A stretch of DNA of 64,000 bases, from contig CAWCXJ010000007.1 of NCBI GenBank assembly GCA_963799485.1, positions 64,001-128,000 on the forward strand, given 5' to 3'. The notes beneath the pieces are model-generated. The model was given only the letters and a program-made list of their open reading frames with translations. It searched no databases and was not told the origin of the DNA. Within the stretch, counting starts at the first letter, position 1. The number at the start of each line of letters is the position of its first letter. Of the stretch, positions 40,904 through 50,673 are shown piece after piece. The translations under genes were made by a program, and so were the position numbers. The stretch comes from an uncultured Trueperaceae bacterium (GTDB taxonomy: Bacteria; Deinococcota; Deinococci; Deinococcales; Trueperaceae).

Positions 40904-42345
40904 TGGCGACGCGCAGCGCCCCGCGCGGCGCAGAAACGTTTGGCAGCCGCGCCGAATTCGAACGCTGGCACGCCCGCCGCCGCTGGGCACGGGCCGGGCT
41001 TGTGTATCTGGCGATGCTCTTTTTTGCGGTGGTGCTTTTGGGCCCGATCTTGTTTGCGGCGCTCTCGAGCGTCAAGACAAACCCGCTCGAGTACCCGCCC
41101 AACCTCAACGTCCCGCAACTCTCCCCCGCCAACTGGTCGGCGGCGGCTCGGCTCGGCGCAGCGGGCGGCGGCGGGCGCTGGTTCGGCGGTTTTGCGCCCG
41201 GCGCGGACGTGCCGTTTCGCATCACCTATTTCGTCCCTGAAGGGCAACAGGCCGAGGCCCCCGAGGTTGTGGTGTCGCGCCGCCGTAGCGGAGGTTTGCA
41301 GGCCGCACAGGTCATCGAGTTCGCCGCCGATTACGCCGAGGTGAGTCCAATTGAGGAGGTCTCGCGCACGCCCGGTTCTTACCCTGTAAGAGATGAAGAG
41401 ACCGCTGGACAGTTTGTCACCTACAGCTTTAATATCACCTATCCCGGTCAAGGGCCGGAGGTCGATACCTTGCCCCTGGACATCACCGCACCCGTGGGTC
41501 AGCTTTACACCGACGCGACGCTGAGTCCGAGTCGGCTCGAGCGTCGGGGCCGGGTCGCCTCGTTCGATACAGTCGTCCCCGGCGCACTCGGTTACGTCTT
41601 TCGCAACTACGTCCGCGTGTTTGCCGAGGTCAAGAGCGTCACCACCGGCGAGAGCCTTTTTTGGGCGTGGACGCGCAACTCGTTTTTTATCGGCATCGTC
41701 CGGGTACTGAGCACGCTGCTCTTTGCGTCGATGGCGGGTTACGCACTGGCGCGGCTCCGGTTTCCGGGTAAAAACATCATCTTTTTCGCCACGCTTTTCA
41801 GCATGATGATTCCCGGTCAGGTGACGTTTATTTCCAACTACCTGGTGCTGCGTGACGGCATCTTCGGGTTTACCCAACTTTTCGGTGTGCAAACGCTGCT
41901 GAATACCATCTGGGCGGTGATTATCGGCGGGGCAAGCGGCTCGGCCTTGGTCGCGGCCGGGATGGTTTTTTTGATGAAGCAGTTTTTCGAGTCCATCCCC
42001 AACGAGGTCGAGGAAGCTGCGATGATCGACGGGGCCAACCACTGGCGGCGTTACTGGAACGTCGTTTTGCCGATGGCGCGGCCTGCTTTGGGCGCTGTTG
42101 CCATTCTCACCTTTCAGGGCGCGTGGAACGAGTTTTTCTGGCCGTTTATCGTGTTGACGACGCCCGAAGACATCAAAACGCTGCCGATTGGCCTGTTGTC
42201 GTTCCGGCAAATTTACGGCGCGACCGGTGACTGGGGCCTTATTCTGGCAGGTGCGATTTTAAGTGCATTACCCATCATCATCTTGTTTATCGTCTTTCAG
42301 CGCTACTTTTTAGAGGGCGTGTCGTATGGGGGCGGTAAGGAGTAG
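40903..42345 (+). CDS. Carbohydrate ABC permease (MalG-like) with a large extracytoplasmic insertion
   Basis: MAGYALARLRFPG, EEAAMIDGA, WNEFFWP; about 170-aa soluble insert after TM1. Confidence 0.88.
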   Translation: MATRSAPRGAETFGSRAEFERWHARRRWARAGLVYLAMLFFAVVLLGPILFAALSSVKTNPLEYPPNLNVPQLSPANWSAAARLGAAGGGGRWFGGFAPGADVPFRITYFVPEGQQAEAPEVVVSRRRSGGLQAAQVIEFAADYAEVSPIEEVSRTPGSYPVRDEETAGQFVTYSFNITYPGQGPEVDTLPLDITAPVGQLYTDATLSPSRLERRGRVASFDTVVPGALGYVFRNYVRVFAEVKSVTTGESLFWAWTRNSFFIGIVRVLSTLLFASMAGYALARLRFPGKNIIFFATLFSMMIPGQVTFISNYLVLRDGIFGFTQLFGVQTLLNTIWAVIIGGASGSALVAAGMVFLMKQFFESIPNEVEEAAMIDGANHWRRYWNVVLPMARPALGAVAILTFQGAWNEFFWPFIVLTTPEDIKTLPIGLLSFRQIYGATGDWGLILAGAILSALPIIILFIVFQRYFLEGVSYGGGKE

Positions 42346-42351
42346 GGGAGC

Positions 42352-42412
42352 AGAAGTCGAAAGTCGACACTCAGAAGAAAAGCTTTATGCTGACTACTGA
42401 TACCTGACTACT
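42352..42412. repeat. Heptamer-repeat tract (AGAAGTC/CTGACTA-type) around AAAAGCTTT
   Basis: AGAAGTC GAAAGTC GACACTC ... CTGACTA CTGATAC CTGACTA. Confidence 0.45.
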
Positions 42413-42432
42413 CTAGGTTTTATGGAGCTTTT

Positions 42433-44259
42433 ATGGATTTTAGCAAAAACGTCGTGCTTAAAGAAAACTATACCTTTCTCGTTGCCGACGCCGCCGGGCA
42501 GATTGCAGGCGGCGAACACGGTGTATACAACCGCGACACCCGGTTCTTGAACCGTTACAGCTGGTCTTTGGGTGAGGACGTCCAGGCGCTACTTATCCAC
42601 ACCCCGCGCCCCGATGTTCTAAGCGCCCACTACGCACATATCGAAGGGCCGTCGCAAGCGTTGGGGGTCAAGCGGCAGCTGAAGGTACAAGCCGACGGCT
42701 TTGAAGATGTTTTGGAGGTGCAAAACACCGGTTCCGAACCCCGTAACGTCACCCTCGAGCTCAACCTTGCCGGCGACTTTGCCGATATGTTCGAGGCGCG
42801 GGGCTGGGCAGAGTCGGGGCGCGACCCGGCCTTACTCGAGCAAACAGCGGTCGGCTTTGCGCTGCGCTACCGGGCACAAGACGGGGTAGAAACAGCGACC
42901 TTTTTAGAGCCTTCGCAGATGCCGGATGAGGTGCAGGGCGAAGCGCTGGTATTTCGGTTTATCTTGGCACCCAAAGAGGCGCGCACACTCAGCGTTACCG
43001 TCACCTTACGCACGATGGGGGAAAACCGTCCGGGTACAAGTTATGAAACGTGGCTGGGGGCATTTTCGGTTCCCGAAACGCTTTCACAACCTCACCAGGA
43101 GGTCTTGGCCCAGGCCCAAAAAGACCTCCGCGCGCTCCTGCTTTTTACCGAACACGGCCCGTATCTAGCAGCAGGTATTCCCTGGTACGTCGCCGCGTTC
43201 GGGCGGGACGCGCTGCTGGCTGCTTCGATGCTCTTGCCTCACCACCCGGAGGTTGCCGAGGGCGTGCTGCGCTACCTGGCGGCCTATCAGGGCGAAAAAC
43301 ACAACCCCCTGACCGCCGAAGCGCCCGGCAAGATCATGCACGAACTGCGTTTCGGTGAGCTGACGCGGTTGGGCCGGATGCCCTTTAGTCCTTACTACGG
43401 CACCGTAGATGCGACGGCGCTCTTTGTCATGCTCCTTCACCGGCTCCATACGCTGACCGGAAGTAAGCTTGTCCGGGAGTTGCGCCCGTGCTGGGAAGCC
43501 GCGCTCACTTGGATGACCGACATTGCCGACGGGGACGGGGACGGGTTTCTCGAGTTTACCGGGGCCGATACGAAAGGTCTGGCGGTGCAGACCTGGAAAG
43601 ACTCGTGGGACTCGCTGAGTCACCGTGACGGGCGGTTAGCCAAGGGTGCAATTGCCGGAAGTGAGGTGCAGGGCTACGCTTACGCCGCCTACTGCGCCGC
43701 TGCCGACTTTTACGAGGGGCTTGGTGAGGACGAGAGTGGGGCGTGGCGTACACGGGCAGGAGCACTCAAAAAGTCGTTTCATGAACACTTTTGGCTAGAC
43801 GAACTCCAAACCTACGCGATGGCGTTAGACGGAGACAAGTGTCCTTTAGAAGTCCATAACTCGAACGCCGGGCACCTCCTCTGGACGGGCATCGTCCCGG
43901 CTGAGGTGGCACCCAAGCTTGCTAAAACGCTCTTTTCAGAGCCCAACTGGTCGGGGTGGGGCGTCCGCACGCTCGGCGCAGGCGAGATGCGTTACAACCC
44001 GGTGTCGTATCACAACGGTTCGGTCTGGCCCCACGACACCGCGCTTATCGCCGGAGGTTTGGCGCGTTACGGTTTCGACGACGAGGCGGCGCGTATTCGT
44101 GAAGCGCTTTACGACTTGGCAGCAAGCCAGAATGACCGTCGTCTGCCCGAACTCATCGCGGGCTACCCGCGAGAAGCTGCGCCGCCCGTTCCCTATCCGG
44201 TCGCGTGCCGCCCGCAAGCGTGGGACGCAGCGGCGCTGCTCTACTTGCTGGAACTGTAG
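42433..44259 (+). CDS. Amylo-alpha-1,6-glucosidase/glycogen-debranching-like glycoside hydrolase
   Basis: YNRDTRFL, AAGIPWY..FGRD, PGKIMHELR, WKDS, YHNGSVWPHD, RLPEL, CRPQAW. Confidence 0.9.
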   Translation: MDFSKNVVLKENYTFLVADAAGQIAGGEHGVYNRDTRFLNRYSWSLGEDVQALLIHTPRPDVLSAHYAHIEGPSQALGVKRQLKVQADGFEDVLEVQNTGSEPRNVTLELNLAGDFADMFEARGWAESGRDPALLEQTAVGFALRYRAQDGVETATFLEPSQMPDEVQGEALVFRFILAPKEARTLSVTVTLRTMGENRPGTSYETWLGAFSVPETLSQPHQEVLAQAQKDLRALLLFTEHGPYLAAGIPWYVAAFGRDALLAASMLLPHHPEVAEGVLRYLAAYQGEKHNPLTAEAPGKIMHELRFGELTRLGRMPFSPYYGTVDATALFVMLLHRLHTLTGSKLVRELRPCWEAALTWMTDIADGDGDGFLEFTGADTKGLAVQTWKDSWDSLSHRDGRLAKGAIAGSEVQGYAYAAYCAAADFYEGLGEDESGAWRTRAGALKKSFHEHFWLDELQTYAMALDGDKCPLEVHNSNAGHLLWTGIVPAEVAPKLAKTLFSEPNWSGWGVRTLGAGEMRYNPVSYHNGSVWPHDTALIAGGLARYGFDDEAARIREALYDLAASQNDRRLPELIAGYPREAAPPVPYPVACRPQAWDAAALLYLLEL

Positions 44260-44271
44260 GCAGCACTGTAG

Positions 44272-44332
44272 GCGGCGGTTAGTAAAAAGCAGTGAGCAAC
44301 GAGTAAAAGCTTTTCGACTCGTTGCTCATTGC
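44272..44332. repeat. Dispersed heptamer hairpin element, copy 1
   Basis: GCAGTGAGCAACGAGT/ACTCGTTGCTCATTGC stem between convergent genes; similar to 50064-50150. Confidence 0.7.
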
Positions 44333-44350
44333 CCGGCACCCATTACGCCC

Positions 44351-45325
44351 CTATGATTCCGGCAATTCCGTTACTTCAACGTGCTGCACCTCGTCTTCGG
44401 GGTCTTTCGATTTGGGGCTCAGCAGCGACGCAACGATGCTGATAGTCAGCGCGCCGATGATAACGCCCAAACTAAGAAGAATCGGGATGTGAACGTCAAA
44501 GTATTCGACGAGCATCTTGACGCCGACGAAAGTCAGCACGAACGCCAGGCCGTAACGCAGGTAGACGAACTTGTGAATCACCCCGGCGAGCAAAAAGTAA
44601 AGGCTCCGCAAACCCAAAATGGCAAAGATGTTGCTGGTAAAGACGATAAACGGTTCCTGGGTAATCGCAAAAATCGCCGGAATCGAATCGAGGGCAAAGA
44701 CCAAGTCGGTCAGCTCGATCATCACCAAGACCAAGAGAAGCGGCGTGACCATCCGGCGGCCCGCCTCGAGCACCGTAAACTTCGCCTCCCGGTAGCCGTC
44801 GGTAACCGGAAACAAACGCCGGATAAAACGCAGGGCGGCGTTTTTCTCGAGGTCGACCGTATCGCCTTCATCGCTAAAAAACATCCTGACGCCGGCAAAA
44901 ACCAGAAACGCCCCGAAGAGATAGATAATCCAGTTAAAGTTGGCAATCAGCGCCGCGCCGAGCGCGATCATCGCCCCGCGCATGACGAGCGCGCCCAAAA
45001 TGCCCCAGAAGAGAACTCGGTGCTGATATTGCGGCGGCACTGCAAACGCCGAAAAAATCAGCACGAACACGAAGATATTATCGACCGAGAGCGAGTATTC
45101 GATGAGGTAGCCGGTTAAAAACTCGAGCCCGACTTGTGGCCCATAGATAAAGTAAAGCGCTACATTAAAAAGGAGCGCCAGCGAAACCCACACCGAAGTC
45201 CAGGCACCCGCCTCACGGACGCTGACGGTATGCGCTTTACGGTTGAATACGCCCAAGTCGAGCGCCAGCATCGCCAGTACAAAAACCAGAAAGCCAATCC
45301 AGAAAACCAGTGGTACGTCAATCAC
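44351..45325 (-). CDS. TerC/Alx family membrane protein (Mn homeostasis)
   Basis: EYSLSVDNIFVF, QHRVLFWG, IELTDLVFALDSIPA, FTSNIFAILGLRSLY. Confidence 0.93.
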   Translation of the reverse strand: MIDVPLVFWIGFLVFVLAMLALDLGVFNRKAHTVSVREAGAWTSVWVSLALLFNVALYFIYGPQVGLEFLTGYLIEYSLSVDNIFVFVLIFSAFAVPPQYQHRVLFWGILGALVMRGAMIALGAALIANFNWIIYLFGAFLVFAGVRMFFSDEGDTVDLEKNAALRFIRRLFPVTDGYREAKFTVLEAGRRMVTPLLLVLVMIELTDLVFALDSIPAIFAITQEPFIVFTSNIFAILGLRSLYFLLAGVIHKFVYLRYGLAFVLTFVGVKMLVEYFDVHIPILLSLGVIIGALTISIVASLLSPKSKDPEDEVQHVEVTELPES

Positions 45326-45386
45326 CCTGCAACCTTTCCCCGGCACGGTTCGTTATTAAATCGACCATTACAGCCAATTATCCACG

Positions 45387-45507
45387 CCGGTTCAGGTCTC
45401 GCACTATTTTTGAACGCCGGAAGAGCACTGCTCTTCGTGTTGACGACGCTCAACCCCGTTTTCACCGGTAACGCAAAATCCGGCGGGTGGCTACTCCCCT
45501 GCTCCGG
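45387..45507 (-). ncRNA. yybP-ykoY manganese riboswitch
   Basis: Minus strand CAGGGGAGTAGC...CGTCAACAC...CCGGCG...GCGAGACCTG with closing stem, directly upstream of terC; TATAGT -10 at 45510-45515. Confidence 0.88.
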
Positions 45508-45571
45508 GTACTATAGCAGCTCATCGGGACGTTTCACGAAGGCTCCTCAACACCTTCTATCCGCAACCGGC

Positions 45572-46270
45572 TTAAAGGCGACCCAGCGTTCCCATCACGA
45601 CCGCCTTGGCGCGCCGCGCTGCCAGCGTCGTAAAGCTGCGAAAATCCACCTCGGCACCGCCGTCGGCGCTGTCGCTGAGTGAACGGACGATAACGAAAGG
45701 GAGGCCGGCACGGCTACAAATCTGGGCGACGGCGGCCCCTTCCATCTCGGCGCAGGCACCCCCGAACGTCGCGAAGAGAAACTTCACCTTCTCCGGGTCG
45801 GCGATAAACTGATCACCTGAAAGCACCCGGCCCGAAACGACTTCGACGTCACCGGCCTCGACCTCGGGGAGCGCCCCGGCTGCCGCCAGCGCAGCCGCGT
45901 GCAAAGCTTCGTCGGCAGGCCAGCTGAGCGGTTCTCCCGGCACCTCACCGCGCGCGTAACCGAGCGCCCGCACGTCGGCGTCGTGTTGCAATGCGTCGCG
46001 GCTGACGACGATATCGCCGACTTTAAGACCCGGCGCGACGCCGCCTGCAACCCCCGTAAAAATCACGTGCGAGACGCCTTCGAGAACGAAAACCTGGGCG
46101 AGCGCCGCTGCATTGACCTTGCCGATACCGCACTGGGAAACCAGAACGGGCTTGCCCCCCAAGACACCTTTGTGAAGCGTATACGCGCCCCGCTGCACCG
46201 TCTCCTGTTCGCCGAGCGCGCCCAAGAGTTGCTCGAGTTCTGCTGCCATCGCACCGATAATACCAATCAC
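45572..46270 (-). CDS. mtnN: 5'-methylthioadenosine/S-adenosylhomocysteine nucleosidase
   Basis: IGIIGAM, GIGKVNAA, SGDQFI, EMEGAAVAQ, RSLSD. Confidence 0.95.
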   Translation of the reverse strand: MIGIIGAMAAELEQLLGALGEQETVQRGAYTLHKGVLGGKPVLVSQCGIGKVNAAALAQVFVLEGVSHVIFTGVAGGVAPGLKVGDIVVSRDALQHDADVRALGYARGEVPGEPLSWPADEALHAAALAAAGALPEVEAGDVEVVSGRVLSGDQFIADPEKVKFLFATFGGACAEMEGAAVAQICSRAGLPFVIVRSLSDSADGGAEVDFRSFTTLAARRAKAVVMGTLGRL

Positions 46271-46339
46271 AGGTCTATCTTAAACTACCGTTCCAAACCT
46301 GCCGTTCCAAACCTCGATCTGAAGTCGCAGTATTTATAG

Positions 46340-46539
46340 AAGAAATGGCCTATCTTTTGCATTCCCATGCCCTGATGTGAAAGCCTTGGAGTCTGTGCCC
46401 GTAAACGAACTTTGCAGTGGATATGTGGGTTCTGTTCCAGGGCCCGCAGTTTCTCGTTCTCTTCCTCGCTCAGCTTGATGAAACGGTTCGCGCGATTTGC
46501 CACCGCTTATTATCGCGGAAGATTGGCTTGGAGACACTT
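46340..46539 (-). mobile_element. IS630-family 5' remnant (HTH fragment) beginning at the TA of the DUF4397 stop codon
   Basis: RFIKLSEEENEKLRALE...KVRLRAQ..RLSHQG resembles IS630 N-termini; truncated. Confidence 0.6.
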
Positions 46540-47518
46540 AATTGCCACCGCCACTACCTGCACCACCCGTTTCGGTACCGCTACCGCCGCCTGTTTGCGC
46601 TTCGCCGCCCAGCAAAAGGGTCTCGAGGGGTGCTTCTTCAACCGGTGTACCTATAACGAACAAGGTGTAGACCTCGTTGGGCCTAAACGACACCTCCTCT
46701 AGTGTAAGAATGGCTGCCGCTGAGCCTTCGATACGAACCTCCAACCCGCTTGCCTCAGCGGGTTCGAGATCGTTATACGAACTGGCGTCAGCAAAAGCCA
46801 GATCGCTCACGACCGTGCGCGCTTCGCCATCTTCCTGAGCGGCTCCGGCAACATTCACGAGTGAGATGGGCGCAGTTCCCGGTGCAGCATGAACCAGTCG
46901 GACGCGAGCAAACTGCGGTACAGGAACAGCCCCACCTACCGGCTCACCCACTGTTGCAGGTGGTGTTGCCGCCGGAGCGGTTGCCGCTGGATCAGCGCCT
47001 ACCCCTACAGCTGCCGGTTGCGCCTCTAACGCACTTAAGGGTGGGTCATCGTCATACGAGGCCAGCCTCAGCGCGAGGCTGTCTTGGTTAGCCCCATCGC
47101 TAAAGATGTTGCCGAGGAAGCTGAAAAAGCCGCCTTCTTCGTCTTGAACGTCGGCTTGCTCCCCCAGGTTTTCAGGAATGACCAACCCTATAGCTGCGAC
47201 CGTATAGTAGGCACTCGCATTAAAGCTGAGGGTCTCGGTCAAATTACCTTCAGGGGTCTCAAGCACTACATCGTATTCACCTGACGGGACTTCCAGATAG
47301 TCCGTGGTGTCGCGGTAGCTAAGACCACTCAGCTCGTCCGGCGCGAGGGTTTGGCCTCCCTCTGCGGTGCTGGTCAGGTTGATGCTGACCTCAGGTGCAT
47401 TAGGGGATAGGTGCGCCACTCGAACAAAGGCTGCGTCAGGAGCTGGAGCTTCCTGAGCCGCTGCCCACCCTAGCGGCAACGCAAGAGTTAGAACGACGTA
47501 TTTCAGATACGGTTTCAT
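46538..47518 (-). CDS. Secreted DUF4397-domain protein (two repeats)
   Basis: Signal peptide; FVRVAHLSPNAP and VRLVHAAPGTAP; YTVAAIG/YTLFVIG. Confidence 0.85.
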   Translation of the reverse strand: MKPYLKYVVLTLALPLGWAAAQEAPAPDAAFVRVAHLSPNAPEVSINLTSTAEGGQTLAPDELSGLSYRDTTDYLEVPSGEYDVVLETPEGNLTETLSFNASAYYTVAAIGLVIPENLGEQADVQDEEGGFFSFLGNIFSDGANQDSLALRLASYDDDPPLSALEAQPAAVGVGADPAATAPAATPPATVGEPVGGAVPVPQFARVRLVHAAPGTAPISLVNVAGAAQEDGEARTVVSDLAFADASSYNDLEPAEASGLEVRIEGSAAAILTLEEVSFRPNEVYTLFVIGTPVEEAPLETLLLGGEAQTGGGSGTETGGAGSGGGN

Positions 47519-47854
47519 AACTTCCTCCTTTACTCAGTTAAGCAATTACAGTTTATAGTATAGCCGAAGAACTGGAAAAGCGCGTGTGTGTACTTGTAGC
47601 GGCGACAGCCTTTTTTGGAGCCGCCAACCTGGCCCACTTCCGATGTTGACGCTGCTGTTTACGTGCGCTGTCTTCAACTTTTCAGGCTGTCAACCTTTAT
47701 CTTGTACCCGTTAACTACGTCCCGAAGCCCCCGCCGCGCCGTAACCGTAATCCCGCCTGAGCACCTTCAACTTCTCCCTGACCCTACTTCGTCTATGGTC
47801 TCTTTGCTCGTTTGTCTCTTTGCTCACGACCCACTGCTCACGACTTGTGGCTCT

Positions 47855-48745
47855 TTAGCGGGGTTGTTTGACAAAAACCGGGTAACTCCCGCGCTGCTCA
47901 AACCCGATAGATTCCAAAATACGCACCAGTTTGGGGTCACGCTGCGTCACCAGCGTCTGCAGCCGGGCCAAGGGGCTCCGGGCCGCGAGTTCTTGCATAC
48001 TCGAGAGTAAAAGCCGCTGCAACATCTCCGCCGAGTCGCGGTGCTCGGCTAATACACCCGCCGCCGTCAGGTAATAAACCCCGTCGATGCTGTCTTCCAA
48101 AACGCCGTAAAACGCGTACCCGACCGGCTCCTGGTCCAAAGTTTCGGAGGCCAAAAACCACAGGTTCGGGTAAAACGGGCCGCGCCAGCGTTTGAGCCAG
48201 CCCCAAAACGCCTCGGACGGCGTAAACCCCTCACCCTGCTCGAACACGTTTTGAAACTGGTCATCGCTCTCTTCAGTCCACGCCTCGAGTACCAAAGGCA
48301 CCCCCAGAGGCGGCAACTCGGCCAAGTCAAACTCCAGATCGACCGCCTGTCGCCCCTCGAAGCCGAGTGTGGTGAGGGCCGGGGCGAGCATGCCGAGGCG
48401 TGCGGGCGAGACGTTGTAGAGCGGACAGTGCACCGCTTCGTGGTCGAACTTGTCTAAAAGATGCCTCAGCAGCGTCTTTAAGTCGTCGGCAGAGCCCTTG
48501 AACCACAAATTGCTCAGGTACAGGTTCTGGTCGTCGTCTTCGGGTTCCGGTGCCTGCACGTAGGCACCGGCGAGTGGGATGTCGCCCGCGGCGAAGAGGA
48601 TAAAGCAGCGGTCGGCCTCGCCCAGCGGGTCGTGAACGGCGCGTATACTCCGCCGCGCAAAACCGCGCGGGTCGCTGTGACCCAAAAATTCGTAGGAGGA
48701 GGCGAGAAACCACTCGAGTTCGTCGGGGGAGGTGGAGCGAATCAC
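47855..48745 (-). CDS. Hypothetical protein, possible tandem GNAT-like fold
   Basis: Long host-like ORF; PVGYAF, AAGVLAEHR, LESIGF resemble GNAT motifs; GTG 48745 preceded by TAAAGT. Confidence 0.65.
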   Translation of the reverse strand: MIRSTSPDELEWFLASSYEFLGHSDPRGFARRSIRAVHDPLGEADRCFILFAAGDIPLAGAYVQAPEPEDDDQNLYLSNLWFKGSADDLKTLLRHLLDKFDHEAVHCPLYNVSPARLGMLAPALTTLGFEGRQAVDLEFDLAELPPLGVPLVLEAWTEESDDQFQNVFEQGEGFTPSEAFWGWLKRWRGPFYPNLWFLASETLDQEPVGYAFYGVLEDSIDGVYYLTAAGVLAEHRDSAEMLQRLLLSSMQELAARSPLARLQTLVTQRDPKLVRILESIGFEQRGSYPVFVKQPR

Positions 48746-48855
48746 TGTGTCGCACTTTACCCTACTGCCGCCCCCGACCAAAGCAGAAGCGAACGGTTGA
48801 CCAACCGAAAAAGCTCGAGCCGCCACAAGCTAAACTTACTGTAAAAATACTGCCC

Positions 48856-50019
48856 TCAGATCTTCGTCCCGACAAACGCCTCGAGCCTCGCCAGCGCTTT
48901 CTCGATATTCTCCATACTCGTCGCGTAAGAAAATCGCGCCTGTCCGGGAGCGTCGAAGTCGGTACCGGGAACAACGCCGACATGCGCTTTTTCCAGCAGC
49001 ATCACCGCCGCCTCGGTTTCGTCTTGGTGAATAGGCGTCAGGTCGCTCATCACGTAAAACGCGCCTTGCGGTTTCGGGGTTTTGAGGCCGAGACCGTTGA
49101 GGCCGTCAACCAGTACGTCACGCCGCGCTATATACGCTTTTTTGGTCATCTCGACAAACTCGCGCGTTTTGTCAACTTCGTTGAGCGCCGCTATGACCGC
49201 GTACTGCGCCACCGCGTTCGCGTTACTCGTCACCTGACCCTGAAGCTTGTTCATCGCCTTGATGAGGGGCGCAGGCCCCGCACCGTAGCCGATACGCCAG
49301 CCCGTGAGCGCATACGCCTTGCTCGCGCCGTGAATGATCAGCGTCCGGTCTTGGGCAAAGTTTGCCGCCGAGACAAACTCACCTTCGTAAACAAGGTGTT
49401 CGTAAAGGTCGTCGGAGAAAAGCCAGAGGTCGTGTTTTACGGCGAGTTCGGCAATCCCGCGCACGACTTCGGGCGGATAAACCGCGCCGGTCGGGTTCGA
49501 CGGCGAGTTCAGCACGATGACGCGGGTGCGCTCAGAAATAGCGGCTTCGATAGCCTCAACGCTCGGAATAAAGCCGTCTTCGGGGCGCGTCCTCACCGGC
49601 ACCGACACGCCGCCCGTCAGCTGTACCTGCGCCGGGTAGGAGACCCAGTACGGGGCCGGCAGAATGACTTCATCGCCGGGATTCAAGACTGCCATAAAGC
49701 CGTTGTACAAGACCTGTTTGCCGCCGGTACTGACCGAAACCTGGTCGAGGCCGTAAGAGAGGCCGTTTTCGCGCTGAAACTTCGCGGCGACGGCTTCGCG
49801 CAGCTCGGCGGCGCCTTCGGCGGGCGTGTATTTGGTCATGCCTCGGTCGATGGCTTCGTGCGCCGCTGCCAGCACATGTTCGGGCGGCTGAAAGTCGGGC
49901 TCGCCCGCCGTCATCGCCACCACGTCAACGCCGCTACGCTGGAGTTCTTTGGCTTTGGTGTTAAAGGCGACGGTAGCGGACGCTTTCAAGGCTTTGAGGG
50001 TTTCGGAGAGTTGCGGCAT
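48856..50019 (-). CDS. aspC: Aspartate aminotransferase (class I PLP)
   Basis: GEPDF, GGKQ, PYWVSY, NSPSNPTG, SKAYALTGWRIG. Confidence 0.9.
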   Translation of the reverse strand: MPQLSETLKALKASATVAFNTKAKELQRSGVDVVAMTAGEPDFQPPEHVLAAAHEAIDRGMTKYTPAEGAAELREAVAAKFQRENGLSYGLDQVSVSTGGKQVLYNGFMAVLNPGDEVILPAPYWVSYPAQVQLTGGVSVPVRTRPEDGFIPSVEAIEAAISERTRVIVLNSPSNPTGAVYPPEVVRGIAELAVKHDLWLFSDDLYEHLVYEGEFVSAANFAQDRTLIIHGASKAYALTGWRIGYGAGPAPLIKAMNKLQGQVTSNANAVAQYAVIAALNEVDKTREFVEMTKKAYIARRDVLVDGLNGLGLKTPKPQGAFYVMSDLTPIHQDETEAAVMLLEKAHVGVVPGTDFDAPGQARFSYATSMENIEKALARLEAFVGTKI

Positions 50020-50063
50020 AGTTCCTCCTAGTTAGGGTCAGTTTAACGTAAGGCTTGCAGGGA

Positions 50064-50150
50064 GCGGCGGTTATTACAGAGCAATGAGTGCCGAGCAATG
50101 AGCAATGAGTGAAAATCACCGACTCATTGCTCATTGCTCGTTGCTTGCTC
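50064..50150. repeat. Dispersed heptamer hairpin element, copy 2 (GAGCAAT repeats)
   Basis: 19-bp perfect stem CGAGCAATGAGCAATGAGT (50092-50110) / ACTCATTGCTCATTGCTCG (50122-50140). Confidence 0.75.
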
Positions 50151-50160
50151 GTCTGACCCC

Positions 50161-50193
50161 AACAAAAAAGCGCCCTGCTGAGGTGCAGAGCGC
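50161..50193 (-). terminator. Intrinsic terminator of ndk
   Basis: Minus strand GCGCTCTGC-loop-GCAGGGCGC-TTTTTT. Confidence 0.8.
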
Positions 50194-50211
50194 AGAGAGC
50201 CGGCGTGGGCC

Positions 50212-50631
50212 TTAAAGGAGTTCTTCAGGCTTGAAAAAGATACCGATTTCGCGTTCGGCGGTTTCAGGAGCGTCGGAGCCGTGCGCGACATTTTCGTCGA
50301 TCGTGGTGGCAAAGTCGCCGCGAATGGTGCCGGGAGCCGCGTCTTTGGGGTTGGTTGCGCCCATCATCTTGCGCCACTCACTTATAGCATTTTCACCCTC
50401 GACGACCATCGCCACGACCGGGCCGCTGGTGATAAACGAGACGAGTCCCTCGAAAAAAGGTTTGCCCTTGTGTTCACCGTAGTGTCGTTCGGCAGTTTCA
50501 CGGGGGATTTGCATGAGTTTCATACCGACGATGCGAAAGCCTTTGGCCTCGAGCCGCCGCACCACTTCGCCGACCAGAGCGCGTTTCACGCCGTCGGGTT
50601 TGACCATTGCGTAGGTAAGTTCTATAGCCAT
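50212..50631 (-). CDS. ndk: Nucleoside diphosphate kinase
   Basis: [36 protein letters not shown]. Confidence 0.97.
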   Translation of the reverse strand: MAIELTYAMVKPDGVKRALVGEVVRRLEAKGFRIVGMKLMQIPRETAERHYGEHKGKPFFEGLVSFITSGPVVAMVVEGENAISEWRKMMGATNPKDAAPGTIRGDFATTIDENVAHGSDAPETAEREIGIFFKPEELL

Positions 50632-50673
50632 AACGAGGCACCATACCACACGCGTTCAAGGTTATACCCGCGT

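Noticed and set aside
40870..42210. Long antisense ORFs (also 48982-50031, 11078-11902, 44381-45118, 60180-60980)
   Set aside because: They lie opposite well-supported genes, have no motifs, and are typical GC-rich shadow frames.
47720..47790. KLKVLRRDYGY on the minus strand resembling an ISL3 C-terminus
   Set aside because: Too short, with no other transposase motifs or ends.
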